From Octopus vulgaris (taxonomy: Eukaryota), in assembly GCA_951406725.2 (NCBI GenBank), contig OX597834.1:34658001-34722000 (forward strand): a DNA stretch of 64,000 nt, given 5' to 3'. Shown here one piece after another: positions 49,264 to 63,059 of the stretch. The notes beneath the pieces were generated by a model. It did no database searches, was not told the DNA's origin, and saw only the letters and a list, made by a program, of their open reading frames with translations. The position numbers and the translations under genes are program-made. The number at the start of each line of letters is the position of its first letter. Positions within the stretch are counted from its first letter, which is position 1.

Positions 49264-51017
49264 CTTGGATGGTGATATCTGTTGTAGGCTATCCAATTAT
49301 CTACAAAGAAATACACAGCAATTTAATGTACAAAAATATCTTAAAATAACTTATTTAAAAATATAGACATGTGATAATAATGACAATGAAATAAGACTCT
49401 GACTTGTCAAATCTTGGATATTGGTCAAGGGTGGGGACCTTTATAATACAAATGTTTTCTAACTAAAAATCTGGAAAAAAAATCTATTAACTGACCTGCA
49501 ATTTCATCAATGTAAACATTTTTATGATTGAAAAGTTTTGTACATTAGTTACAAAGTACAAACTGTTATTGTTATTAGTAGTATTACTAAGGTGATGAGC
49601 TGGCAGAATCATAAACATGCTGGACAAAATGCTTAGCAACACTTCTTCCAGCTTTACATTCTGGGTTCAAATTCTGCCATGGTCAACTTTACCTTTCATC
49701 CTTTCAGGGTTGACAAAATAAGTACCAGTAGAATACTGGGGTTGATTTCAACTACACCCAGCCCCAAAATTTCAGGCCATGTGCCTATGGAAGAGAGAAT
49801 TACAACTACTGCTGCTGCTGCTACTACTGCTACTACAAGGCTGTAGATTGGCAGGCTCATTAGAGCACCAGGTAAAATGCATTAGTTCCAGCTCTTAACA
49901 TCCTAATTTCAAATTTGCCTTTCATCCCTATGAAGTCAAAATAAATACTAATTAAACACTGGTGTCAATACAATCAACTTATTCTCTCTTCCCTCAAAAC
50001 AACTGGACTTGTGCTAAAATTAGAAATGTCAGGACTTATTCCTCCCCTCAAAATTACTGGCCTTGTACCAGAATTAGAAATATTACTACTACTACTATTA
50101 GACTGTGGATTGGCAGAGTTATTGGCACATTGGATAAAATGCTTTACAGCTTTTTAGTTCTAGCCTCTTACATCCTCAGTTCTAATCCCACCAAAGTCAA
50201 ATTTGGTCTTTCATCTCTATGCAGTGGGGTGACTGTGTGGTAAGAAGTTTGCTGCAGGTGCTTTCTACATAATGTTGACACAGGTGGTAAAAAAAATGCC
50301 AATTCTGAGTGGAGAATTGATGCAACTGTTACAAGAATCAGAAAAGATATTTTGCAGCATCAGTTCTTTGCATTCTGATAGCAATAACTGCAACAAACAC
50401 ACAAATAGTGACTGCATTGCTTGGACATCAGTGACAGGGAGATGGAAAAAAAATCACAAAACAATGGATTATTTAAAAAGCATTGCTCATACTTTGTTGT
50501 CTTTTTAGAATGCTTCTTCCATCTCCTAATCATCATCCTCATCATCGTTTAACGTCCATTTTCCATGATGATGATGATGATTGGGAGATGGAAGCAGCAT
50601 TCTAAAAAACATAAAATAGAATCATCTTTTCATGGTTCTAGTTTTACAAATAACTGATTTAGTTTTTTAATTGAGTAAATTTGACATTAATAATTTCGTT
50701 TTTGCCTCTGAATTTTCAAATTTCTGTTTTCATTATTAATGAAACAACTAATTTATTCTGTATAATGACACTTTAATGTTTAGCAATGTACATCCTCTGA
50801 AATAAAAAGTATAAATTTACCAGTGATTTATTTGTGATGACAATTATTCAATGTAACAAACTTGCAATAAATTTACAGCTGATGAAATCACCAGATGTTC
50901 TTGCAACATAGTTTTCCTAAATACCAACCACATACATAGTTTGTCATACGAAAGAGATACATACAATACAATCTTCATACATAACATACACACAACAATA
51001 TAAACTATCTTTTCGTG

Positions 51018-51293
51018 CAGTGGTTCTCAAAAGTGGGTTTATCGCACCACCCGGGGGGTGCAGTGGAAAGTTCCAAGGGGGTGTTGAAGTGGGTATTAAT
51101 GCGGTAGCCAAAACGGGCGATTCATGTAAAAACAAAATAATGGGTTCATTAGATTAAGTTTTGTGAAATACAGTTGTTTTGAATTTGCTTCAGAAAGAGG
51201 TCTATATTTGTAATGGTTAGTTGGGGTGGGGGCGCTAGGGGTGTGGCTAGGGTGTCAAGGGGGTAGCAGCCCAAAAAATTTTGGGAACCACTT
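51018..51293. mobile_element. hAT (Charlie-like) MITE
   Basis: TIR CAGTGGTTCTCAAA / TTTGGGAACCACTT; degenerate 8-bp TSD TTTTCGTG / TTATAGTG. Confidence 0.75.
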
Positions 51294-52879
51294 TTATAGT
51301 GTAAAGACCACATGGTTAAATGTCACTGACAACACAGTCATAGGACTGTGGCCATAGTGGGACACTATCTTGAAAGGTTTGGACAATTAAATCAACCCCA
51401 GTACTTAGTTTATCATTCCCTTTCTGATGAACCATCAAGTTAAAGGGACATAAACAAACCTACACTAGTAGCCAAGCAGTGAAACAAAAACACATACACG
51501 TATACACAACAGGCTTCTGCACAGTTTCCATCAACCAATTTTATTCAAAAGTTATTTGTAATCCTGGGGCTATAATAGAAAACACTTGCCCAAGATGCCA
51601 TGCAGTGGGACTGAACCGGAAATCTCATGGCCATGAAACAATCTTCTTAACCACAAAACTATGCCTACATGTATGTATACACACAAACAACGCTCATTCA
51701 TATGTATGTGGGATAGTTTTTAAATACTTTTATGAGTTGCAAAAGAAAAAACAGTTAAGCCTTGCAATTTAAAAAAAAAAGAAACCATTTGTGGTTTATG
51801 ACTCACAGATGTTATCATGATGATGATCTATTTATTATTCTCGCACCTTTATCAGGTGAATCACATATTTTAGCTGAAAATAATCAAATTTAACTTTACT
51901 ACTACTACTACTGCTACTACACCATTCTACTGTCAATCCTCTTATTGTTTTCATTAATCTTTAATTTATTTTGCTTTTCTTTTGTAATGACAAAACACTG
52001 CAACTAATAAGCAAAAATGATTGGAATTTCAAAATAAAGAGATGTAAATATGCCATTCAGTACTGTCCCAAATAATTATCAAAGCTACACGTTATTTATA
52101 AATGATAAATTATGCTTAATACAGCCATTTTCAAAATACATTATATTAAAAATGGTCAATACAAATTAGACAAAAGTACTTATTTCTAAAACAATATTCT
52201 TCCCAAGCATTAAACTAATACACCTGCTTGTTGTGCCTACACCTGTCGTCTTTTTTCTGCAAATTCGAACTATACATACATACATCATCATCGTTTAACG
52301 TCCGTTCTCCATGCTAGCATGGGTTGGACGGTTCGACCGGGGATCTGGGAAGCCAGAAGGCTGCACCAGGCTCCAGTCTTATCTGGCAATGTTTCTACAG
52401 CTGGATGCCCTTCCTAACGCCAACCACTCCGTGAGTGTAGTGGGTGCTTTTTATGTGCCACATACATATATATATATATATATCCACGCACACACATATA
52501 TAAATAAAAAAAACACAAATGAGGTTTCAAATTTACTTCTTTTATATCTAACACCACACCTGGAACCAACCCCAAATCAGATCTACAGTTTATATTGAAT
52601 TTGGTGTATGTATGTGTGTCTATTACTGTTTGACAACCAGTATTGGTGTGTTTACATTCCCGTAACTTAGTAACTGAAAGAATAAGTACTAAGTTTACAA
52701 AAGAAGCCCTGGAGTTGATTTGTTCAACTAAAACCCTTCAAGGCAGTGCTACAGCATGACCACAGCCAAATGATGACTGAAACAAGTAAAAGAATTAAAG
52801 AAAAGAATACATAAAATATTTTAATTTTTTTATATTATTCTTAATAATAATTATACAAAAAAAGACTTTCTTTTATATA

Positions 52880-53720
52880 CAGGATATGGTGAATAAATTG
52901 TCTAAATTACGCAAAATTGAAAATAACACTAACGTCTCATTTTAACAGATATATTTACCGAAATTACATAAAAATATCATGAAACAATAAAGAGTAAATT
53001 TATTCAATAAAATCGCCATTGGCTTCAATCACGGCCTCCAAACGACTTTGGAATCTCCTGCAACTCTTCTGGACAGTCTCCATGTTTAAGTTGGTGAATG
53101 CTGCCATAATCCCTTGCCTTCATTTTCACCTTTGGTGTTACAAGGAGTTTTGTTGGTCTCTTGATCAACTGTGCCCCAAACAAGGGGGCTGCAGTCTGGG
53201 GAGTTAGGTGGCCAGGTATTAGGTGATGTGGTCGCAGATATTGCCTAACAGCCATGGCTGGATTCTCCTGCTTGTGTGGCATTGTGCAGAGTCCTGTTGC
53301 TAGATAAGGGTCTTCCTGCAGCCACTCTTTTGACCCAGGGCAGCACTACCTCCTCCAGGCACTTGATGGAGTCTGAGGCCGTGTGGGAAGATGAATGGAG
53401 GCATAACGTTGCCACCAGTAGTGATCAATCCAAACACCATGATGACTGGATGTTTGATTTTTATCACTCTCGGTACATGTCTTCAGATTGACACCCAAAC
53501 TCCCTGGAATGTTAGTATTGGAGCTTCCGGCGCGAATGCCAAGCAGTATAGCATGTCGTTTCTAAATTTCTGGCAGAGGGAATTATATCATGGTGCTGTT
53601 TTTCTCACAGACGGTGCCCAAGCGACCCTACTATACTATGTAGTCGACAAAATGAAAAAAACAATGCGCATACGCGAAATTAGAAATATAAAATGGCGAC
53701 AATTTATTCATCGCACCCTG
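52880..53720 (-). mobile_element. Internally deleted Tc1/mariner (maT/DD37D-like) element
   Basis: TA|CAGGATATGGTGAATAAATTGTC ... GACAATTTATTCATCGCACCCTG|TA; minus-strand KHPVIMVFG, QQDSAQCH and WPPNSPDCSPL motifs. Confidence 0.85.
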
Positions 53721-54453
53721 TACAGCGAATGGCTATGGAATAAAGAGGTATCAAAAGGGTCCAAAGCAAAAAATGGTTGTGAACCACTAAGCTAGATAGA
53801 GCATGCCACTCGAAACAGCGCTTAAGTTTGTCTCACCACCACCATCCAGGTTCCCATGCTTATACAGCAGACTGCGTTAAAGGCGATGAAGAATAAGAGA
53901 ATGAAAGATGAAAATGATTTGGAATCAAACTACAACACACTTTCCTCATGTGTGTGGATGCAGCCAAAGAGGTTGCCTCTCTGTGGTCATTCAAGTTCCT
54001 AGAAATATCAACCAAATCTCTCTTAAGTTACACCCTACCATTAAGAAAAGAGAAAGGCACATCGGATAATAAGTTACTGGAGAAGAAATTCAAGAAAGGC
54101 GGAAATATCGTGACTGGAACGCCTGTGGTCAATGTTTGCTCAGCCAAGGTTGTCCTAGCTAGATGTGGACAGTCGGCGATGGTCGATTTGCTAGCAAATA
54201 TAATTGCTGATGTTTAAGGTCCTACCACTTGTCCATCACTCACAAAACATAGAAGAGAATTTTACATTCAGCTCGATAAATCACACACTCTCTATATATA
54301 TATATATATATATATAATGTGATGAGATGGAGTAACAACAGATACAAGAAGAGGTCAAGCAGCGCCCAGCAAGGAGCAAACGGCCACCATATCACTAGTT
54401 ACAGAAGCAACGTGGTGCGCGCACGCAATTATAAATTGTACCAACAAACAAAC

Positions 54454-54569
54454 AAGGCATGGGCAACTTTATTCGAGAAGCGGGCCGCACTACTAAAAAA
54501 AAAATAAGATATTATTTCGTTAAGCGTGCCATTCAGAAAGTCCCGCGGGCCGCAGGTTGTCTATGACTC
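54454..54569. mobile_element. Short hAT-like MITE; related right end at about 24125-24225
   Basis: AGGCATGGGCAAC / GTTGTCTATGACT imperfect TIRs with internal GCGGGCCGCA repeats. Confidence 0.6.
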
Positions 54570-56199
54570 ATATACACACGCGCACACACACACACATCTA
54601 TATCCCTAGCATGGCTGCAGCCTTTGGCTTAAAACCAGCAAAAAAATATATATTTATATTATATACACACATACGCGCGCACAGGCAAATAAACACGCAT
54701 CGTAATTCCACACAACCAAAATGGCTATTCGCTTTAATTAGTATTAAGATTCGCGCAGCAACGAAAGGGAGTCGGTGAAACTAACAAATCGTTCAATCTG
54801 AAAGAAGTTTTATCATAGATAATATATTTCAATATAAACGATAGAATTCGCTGATAGTTAAAAATGTGAAGATAATTTACGTGAATAAGACCAGAGCAAA
54901 AGAAAAAAATGTAGCAGGGTGATCGTACGCAAAAACAGCCATGACAAGACATCGTTTGTTATATTTTAAAAAATGTACTTAAAGGAGAATTTGGACATCA
55001 TGTGTATGTATGGTGTATAAAAACGACACAAAGAGAAGTATTCTGTGTATATATAAAGCCTTGATTAAAGTAACAGACATACACAAACGTTTCTCTGTCA
55101 CATATCCAAACGTTTGCGAGAGTGCGCGTATCCTTGTCGGATGTATTAAAAAAAATACTGAAGCGAGCTGCTGACATGGGAGCGTGTAAGCGGTAGCTTT
55201 GAGTAGCTAGAAACAGCAGCCGGATATCCCGTAAATCACATAATACCACATTGAAAATGGTAGGGACAGAATGGTTACTGATATGTAAAAGTGACCGTGG
55301 ATGGACTGCCTTGGAACAAAGGAGAGACAGATAGGGAAGATATAAGTACAGTAAATGAAGAGCTTCGAATAAAAGAATGTGTGTGTGTGCGTGCGTAATA
55401 TTACTGAAGTAATTAATACTCGGCACCAGGACGAGGAAAAAACATTTTAAAGCATAAATGGGATATAAAATATGAAAGACCTTATATATAATAAATAAGT
55501 ATGTAAGATGAGTGAATGAAGATGCAAGAAAAATGGTGTTTGAAATGTGAATGCAGTCGCCAAGATAGGATGGTGGATGGGTTTTTATTAACATCTTGGA
55601 ATATGGTCTTGGAATGCAGACTTGTTGGGTTAAAACGGGTTACACGGTGAGGGACGGTAGAAACTAGAAAACATGAAATGGATTAGAAGACTAACACACA
55701 CGCATAGATATGTTTGTTTTTTATGTGAAGCTATATATAAAAACAGTTTAACATGAAAACGAAGGAGTATTGTTTAAAACATTTTTGTAAAATACATATA
55801 AATTTTTTATAAGGAAATGGTCGACAGTGACCTCGAAGTTTCGGCCTACCAGCTGTCGTCGGATTGTGTCTGTGCGTATGCACACACGTTATGTTTATAG
55901 CATAAACATGGAGAAATCCATTGGTTCAGATATCTGACAACGTTTGTAACGCGTTTAAAAGAGCCAACATGAAGAATACGTCACGTAAATCTAAATTATA
56001 AAACGTGGTACCAAAGACCATTTGGTGTCGATGTGAGCTACAATAAGTGCGGTATGATTGTGTGTACTAGTATTTGACAGAAAAGTAGAGGATTCAGTGG
56101 TACAAAGGTTTATGTTAAAATTGACTCTGGTACCACTAGTTCACTCCCTGCCCAGGCATTCTCTAATTTTACTAGTGCACAGAAATATGGTGGTTGAAT

Positions 56200-56690
56200 A
56201 AGCCATATCAGTGTCTAAAGTATTAGTGAGAGGAGGTGGAACTCTGCTACTGAGTCCTCTTCTGCAGATCAGAAAGGAAATCTACAGGAATTCCATACAG
56301 TGTATTCAGTGTCAAATATGAATGTACAAGCGATGTAATGGAAACACAGGCAGGCTAAGAGAAAAGGTATACTCCATATGAGGCAAGTGCAATAGAGACA
56401 ATATGTGCTGAGAGTTCACACAGAAAATAGATTCTATCAAATGTCTGGACTTCTCCACAGAAATAGCTTTTGCTACATAGGTCAACTAATTAGCAATGAG
56501 GATAGATATTCTGAAGGCATAGCACCAAGATTAAAGAACTGGAAAACAATCAGGGAGCTATTACATCTGCTTGCAACAAAGGGTTCCTCCTTCAGAGCAA
56601 AGCATAGCTTGCTTGTATGATGCATATGAATGAAGTGCAATACTGCATGTTATTCAGATGTGGTTCTTAAATGCAGAGAATTTGCAAAGA
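56200..56690 (+). mobile_element. RTE-like LINE relic
   Basis: SFCYIGQLIS...WKTIRELLHLLATKGSSFRAK, resembling the RT thumb region. Confidence 0.6.
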
Positions 56691-58883
56691 CTCCTGAGCA
56701 TGGCTGTGTGGTTAAAAAGCTTATTTTGCAACCATGTGATTTGGGGTTCAGTCCCACTGCATTGACACCTTGGGACAATCAATGCCTTGTGAGCAAATCT
56801 GGTAGATGGAAGCCCACTATGAATATATGTCTGTGTCTTTGTGTTTGCTCACCCACCAGCGCTTGACAACTGATATTGGTTTGTACTTGTGTTCTCTCTC
56901 TCCCCCCATACACCTCACTCATATTGCCTTGTCTCAGGTTGTATAAACTCTTTGCTATTACAGTGTACAAGGTAACCACTCTCAAGTTGGTGCCACAAAA
57001 TGCACTTACTATACCGTGTAAAGTGGTTGCCAAATTTGTGGAAAATACGTGGGGTCAAGATAAAACCTCCAGTATAAGGGTCATGATAAAATGCACCCAG
57101 TACATACTTAAAATGGCTAGTGATAAGAAGAGCATCCTGCCAAACAAACATGAATAAAACGTGATCCTCCAGCCCATCTATGAGGACAGTGGATCCCATC
57201 TATGAGTACCCATCCAACTCCTGTCAATATGGAATGCAAACAAAGTGAGAATGTGTATATACACCCCACATGAGTGAATAAATGAAAGAGAGAAGAACTC
57301 AACATATTTGATAGGAGTTGTATATATTTTTAATCAGCCAAGGATAGTGACAATTCTCTATCCTGAAGTGATACAAGGTAACCTCACTAGTGCTGGTGTC
57401 ATGATAAAATATGACCAGCACACACACACTGCAAAGTGATCGATGTTCTCAGCCAGAGAAACTAAGCCACAAATGGAAAGTGCAACTTTCTATAGTTATT
57501 CTCTCTCATTATAGCCTAGCATTAGTGAAAGTGCACGACGTAGTGGTTAGGGTATTCAGCTCACAATCATAAGGTCATGAGTTCAATTCCCAGCAACGTG
57601 TTGTGTCCTTGAGCAAGACATGCTCCAGTTCAATTAGCTGACAAAAATGAGTAGTACCTGTATTTCAAAGGGCCAGCCCTGTCACATTCTATGTCATGTT
57701 GAATCTCCCTAAGAACTAGGTTAAAAGTACAGGTGTCAGCAGTGTGCTCAACCACTTGCATGTTAATTTCACAAGCAGTTCTTCCGTCGATCAGCTCAAC
57801 TGGAACTCTTGTCATCGTAAGAGATGGAGTGCCAGTAATAGCCCTGCCATTACTGCTCCTCTTCCATTACTCCATCTCGCACAATCTCTTCCACCTTTCG
57901 CTCCTTCCACCTCTGCCATACTTTTGCTTCTTTCTCCCTTCCATCATGATTCGCTTTTGCAATCACCATCTCTCCTAGTCACTCCGTTGGCCACATTGCC
58001 CCATTCAAACATAAACAGTTGATCTGTTTCACAATTAACCTCTGGTCATAGTTTTGACAATATGAGCAAGCTTTCCAACCAAACAGTTTTGGTTTCAGTC
58101 CCACTGCATGGTAGTTTGAGCGAGTGTCTTCAGACCATCCAAAGCCTTGAGGACTGCCATATATGTGTGTGTTACATTTGCGTCTCCTAGTCTTGACATG
58201 TCCTAGTTGTAAATAATGAGTGTTGCTGTTATACAAGCCATGTCATACATTACCAATATTCTGTACAAACATGCATGGTAATGGGGAAATATTACCTTAC
58301 TTGGTAAAAGGTGAGGGGACGGGAGACAGCAAGGACATCCAGCCACGGAAAATCTGCCTCGATAAATCTTGTTTGACTCATGCAAGCACAAAAAAGACAT
58401 TAAAATACTGATGATGATGATGAACACTCTTCCAGCACTTGTTCAAGAACATGTCATCAATTTGATTATGATTTTGTTCTGTAGGTAATGTCCATGTATA
58501 TCTTCTATCTAGTTGCTCAAAATATATGTACTGGCACTCTTCAGGTTATGATGACGAGGGTTCCAGCTGATCCAATCAATGAAACAGCTGCTCATGAAAT
58601 TAACATGCAAGTGGCTGAGCACTCCACAGACATGCATACCCTTAACACAGTTCGCAGGGAGATTCAGCATGACACATAACATGACAAGGCTGGTCCTTTG
58701 AAATACAAGTACTACCTCAAGGACACAACATTGCCAGGAATTGAACCTACGACCTTACAATTGAGAGCCAAATATTCTAACCACTAACCCATGCACATTC
58801 ACCTGTGTGTATATTTATGTGCGCATGCATGTGTGTGTGAATGTACATGCATGTGTATGCACATGTTTGTGTGCATCTTTGTA

Positions 58884-58918
<35 letters not shown>

Positions 58919-60900
58919 GTATATGCATGTGAGTTTACATTTGTGCCCTACGAAAGGAACTACATGTGTTGCTGCTGTCATTTCTGCTCACTTTGCACCT
59001 TTAAAGAGATGGGAAATAAGAGATTCCTGACTTGAAAAACAGCTGAGGGTTAGTGACAGGTAGGGTATCCAACTGTAAAACAATGCTTCAATAATATACT
59101 GAGCCAACATATGCTAGCATGGAAATGGAAAAAAATAGACATAAAAAGAATGGGTTTACATGTCTGTGGTTTGTGTGTATATATGTGAGTGTGGATGTGC
59201 ACGTGTATATGCAACTGTTTCACATTACAAGTGTCTGCATGAAATCATTCAACAAATACAGTGGCACTGACATTCCCAGCTAACAGCTGCTCCGATTGCT
59301 TTTCACTCTCAAAGGAAATGGTAATAAACAGGCATCTGTTTGTAAATTAATGCTTCACTAACATCATTTTAATGTCCACTTTTCCATGCTTGCATGAGTC
59401 GGATGGAATTTGTTAAGGCAGATTTTCTACAACAGGATAGCCTCCTGTTGCCAACCCTCACCTGTTTCCTCGTAAGGTAATATTTTACTACAGACAGGGA
59501 ACTTTTTCATGGAAGACTAGAAACAAAAGGTGGAGACTCATCAAGCCATATGAAGTCATACTTGTGGTCGCTGCCGGTGTCATGAAAATGGCACCTCTGA
59601 AATTGTAATCGTGGCCATTGCTGGTAGCAAGATCTTTGAATGTTGGGCCTTTGAAGGTGATGACAAATGACCGAGACCATTGGAAATATGTTGTGCTTAA
59701 GAAGACTCATCAAGCCAAGTGAAACTGTAGTTGTGGCTGTTGCCAGTGTCATGTAAATGGCACCAATGGAATCATAGTCATGGCCATTGGTGGTGTCAGA
59801 TAAATGGCATGTAAAATGCATTCATTACACTCTTGCGGTGGTTGATGTTAGGAAGGCATCTAACTGAAGAAACTATGCCAAATCAGACTGGAACCTGGAG
59901 CAGTTCTCCAGCTTATCAGTTCCAATCAAACCATCTAACCGATGCCTGCATGGAAAGCGGACATTGAACGATGATTTACAGGCTTCTTTCAGTTTCCATC
60001 TACCGAATACAGTCACATATTAGAAGACACTTGCCCAAAGTACTATGTAGTTGTACTGACCCAGTAACAATATGGCCAGGATACAAGCTTCTCAACCACA
60101 TAGCCATGCCACAATAAGTAATAACCTGGCCCATGCTTGTATGGGAAAAAAGGGAACATAAAAACGAATAAATTGAATTTTTCCCCAATCTATTGGTACA
60201 TCATCAATTGCCTGCTGAAGATAATTCAAGAAATCTTTCTCCTCTTTGTTTCTAAAGCACAAAAATAAAACTTTCATGACTAAGAGTTATACGTAATCTT
60301 ATCAATGCCAAGATTTTGACATGGTTAGTTTGCATCCATCAACTGCTTCTCCTTAGTTTCCCTTAAATATCTAAAGATCATTGCCCTGCCCATTAATCTT
60401 CAAATAGAGTAAATAATCTTTGCAATTATATACTGATAGGAAATGGACTGTTCATGTATTTTGGTTCACTTGCCAAGATTTCAACTTCTATGTCCATTTC
60501 TGCTTTCACAACACATAATTTTTCTAGATTCATTTTTATTGCATTCTACATCCCAACTATAAGCACCTCTACACATACCCACACACACACATATATATAT
60601 ATATATATAGTCAATTTTAATATGTATATATACATACACTCACATTTTTGTATACACAAGTATGTGTGCTTATATGCATGTGCAGGGTGTATATGATCAT
60701 TTTAACGTCAGTTTTCCAAACTGGCAAGGGGTTAATGGTTTGGCACTAGCTGGTAAGATCAGGAGCCATACCAGGCTCCACCGTCTGTTTTGGCATGGCT
60801 TCTACAGCTGGATGCCTTTCCTAACACCAAACATTGTACAGAATGTAAAGGGTGTTTTTTTATGACACCAGCACCAACAGGTCCACCAAGTAACTTGCAA

Positions 60901-60903
<3 letters not shown>

Positions 60904-60951
<48 letters not shown>

Positions 60952-61840
60952 TATATATATCATGTTTATATATATAAATGTACATGCATGTATATAATCA
61001 TATCTATATGTATGTTTATATAAATATATATATATATATATATCTATGTATGTATATATATATCTACATCCATATCTAATCCATAAACAGTACAAATTAA
61101 CGTGTGTACGTGTTTTATATATACATATGTACACACACAGATATTAGTATGCTTATGACTAAATACATATGTTTTATTTCTATTCCTGGGCGCCATACTA
61201 ATACAATTGTTTGTTTGTACTCCACCTGCCTTCGTCTTTTGTTTATTTTCATAAAGCTTCCCGTTAAATATATATATATATATATACATAAAGTTTTACA
61301 AGTGTGTATGTAGATATATAAATGCATATATATATATACACAAATATATGCATGTATATAATCATATCTATATGTACGTTTATTTATAAATATATATATT
61401 CATGTTCGTATATATAAATGTACATAGACATCTATGTGCATGTATATATATATATATATATACATATCTACATCCATAAACGTACAAATTAACGTGTGTA
61501 CGTGTTTTATATATACATATGTACAAACACAGATATTAGTATGCTTATGACTAAATACATATGTACATACAGACGTGTATACAAGTATTCGTGCATACAC
61601 AAACGTACATGGAGAGCTATGTATATATACATATCTGTAAATACATATATCAGTATGTATACATATAGAGACGTACATACTGACGTGTGTATGTGTTTCA
61701 TACATACATATATGTTCACAGATATCAGTGTTTGTGACCATATACATATATACATAGAAATATGTCCTTGTATATATATACATACAAGTGTGTATGTGTG
61801 TATGTATGTGTATATATGTATATATACATGGTGTGTATAT
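60904..61840. repeat. Low-complexity TA/TG region with an internal direct duplication (about 60950-61172 vs 61340-61565)
   Basis: GTACAAATTAACGTGTGTACGTGTTTTATATATACATATGTAC...GATATTAGTATGCTTATGACTAAATACATATGT occurs twice. Confidence 0.85.
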
Positions 61841-61869
61841 AAGTAATGTACGACAGTATATGTCATAGT

Positions 61870-62200
61870 AACTGACTCTGCGAGAGCTTAGAATATTCTG
61901 GTTTCTTCCGGTTGCACCATTACAGTTTGTTAACAGGTAAAGAACGGATGATGTCCAACACATTTCGACGATTTAAGACATTCTCGGCAAACCCGAAAAT
62001 TCGCTGATGGAGGTGGTGTTTCTTCGTTTGTTTTTCACCTCTTCGCGACCTCTGTAATACACACAAATGGGGGCAAAAAAGGGGGCCAGAAAGAAATTAC
62101 CTGAGAACTGTTGTCTTCGCTAACTGTCCTCCACCTCCGCAGGAAGTATTCACTGGGCATGCGCACGGCTGGCTTATGCCCAGCAGCTTTGTACAAAGAG
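61870..62200. promoter_or_regulatory. CpG-enriched promoter-like region, possible BAG6 non-coding exon 1 (minus strand, donor at 62101/62100)
   Basis: ETS cores CTTCCGGT 61905-61912 and CAGGAAGT 62140-62147; NRF1-like TGGGCATGCGCA 62154-62165; minus-strand CAG|GTAATT at 62101; plus-strand CAG|GTAAAG at 61936. Confidence 0.55.
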
Positions 62201-63059
62201 AGGGAAATGCTTCTAATGATATTAAAATCAGCAGTGACGGCTTTTGCTATCGGAAGCATTTTATTTTTATTCCGTTTTTTTTTTCCCCCATCCGATGTGT
62301 CATGGGTTTGGTTGATAAAAATAAGAAATTAAAAAGAAAGTAAGAGAGAAATAAAAATGCGTGTTATTATTATTTTTTTTTTTTTGCTACCAAGAGTATT
62401 TTCAAGTGAAGGGTTAAATGAACCTGATTTGAATAATGGTTTAATACGATGCTGTAGAAGATGTTATATTTTCCATTCAGTGAATAAAGATGAAAAAAAA
62501 TCCATACTCGAAAAAGGGGAAAAAAAAATAAAGGGGTGTGGAACAAGATCGTCCAGATTAATTTTTAAATATTCTAGAAAAAATATTTTAAGACCAACTT
62601 ATTTACAAGAAGAATGATAATTGTTTTTGCTTCTGATTAGCAATATGGCAATATGATTGCCATTGCCATATATAGACAACAGTAATGTATATTGTTAGAA
62701 TATGTTTATTAAGTGAATTAAGTGATGGATATATGCAAAGATTGTTGTTAAAAGTCTAATTAAAGATTCATGGAGTAAAGTTTAGATAAAGGTTAATTTG
62801 CCAGAGGTTAACAGATAACAAGAATGAGCAATATGTGTAAGGTGTGGAATTTCGTTTACCTTGGTGGTAGAATATATTTATCAACCTGCTGATGCAATAT
62901 GTGTATTATTAATAGTTTAGTTAAAATTTAATAGAGTTTAAATAGGACATGTCTGGTGACAAAAACAGTCAATAGGTAACATGATGAAGGATTTCTTTTA
63001 TATAGGGACAGTGAAATGTTTTGTACAGAATTGGCAAAATCTTATTCTTTTAACAACTC

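Noticed and set aside
54998-55594. 198-aa ORF on the minus strand
   Set aside because: No recognisable domain, non-ATG start, composition typical of AT-rich non-coding DNA and no splice support.
61044-61963. Tyr/Ile/Cys/Val/His-rich ORFs of up to 187 aa
   Set aside because: Translations of TA/TG/CA low-complexity DNA.
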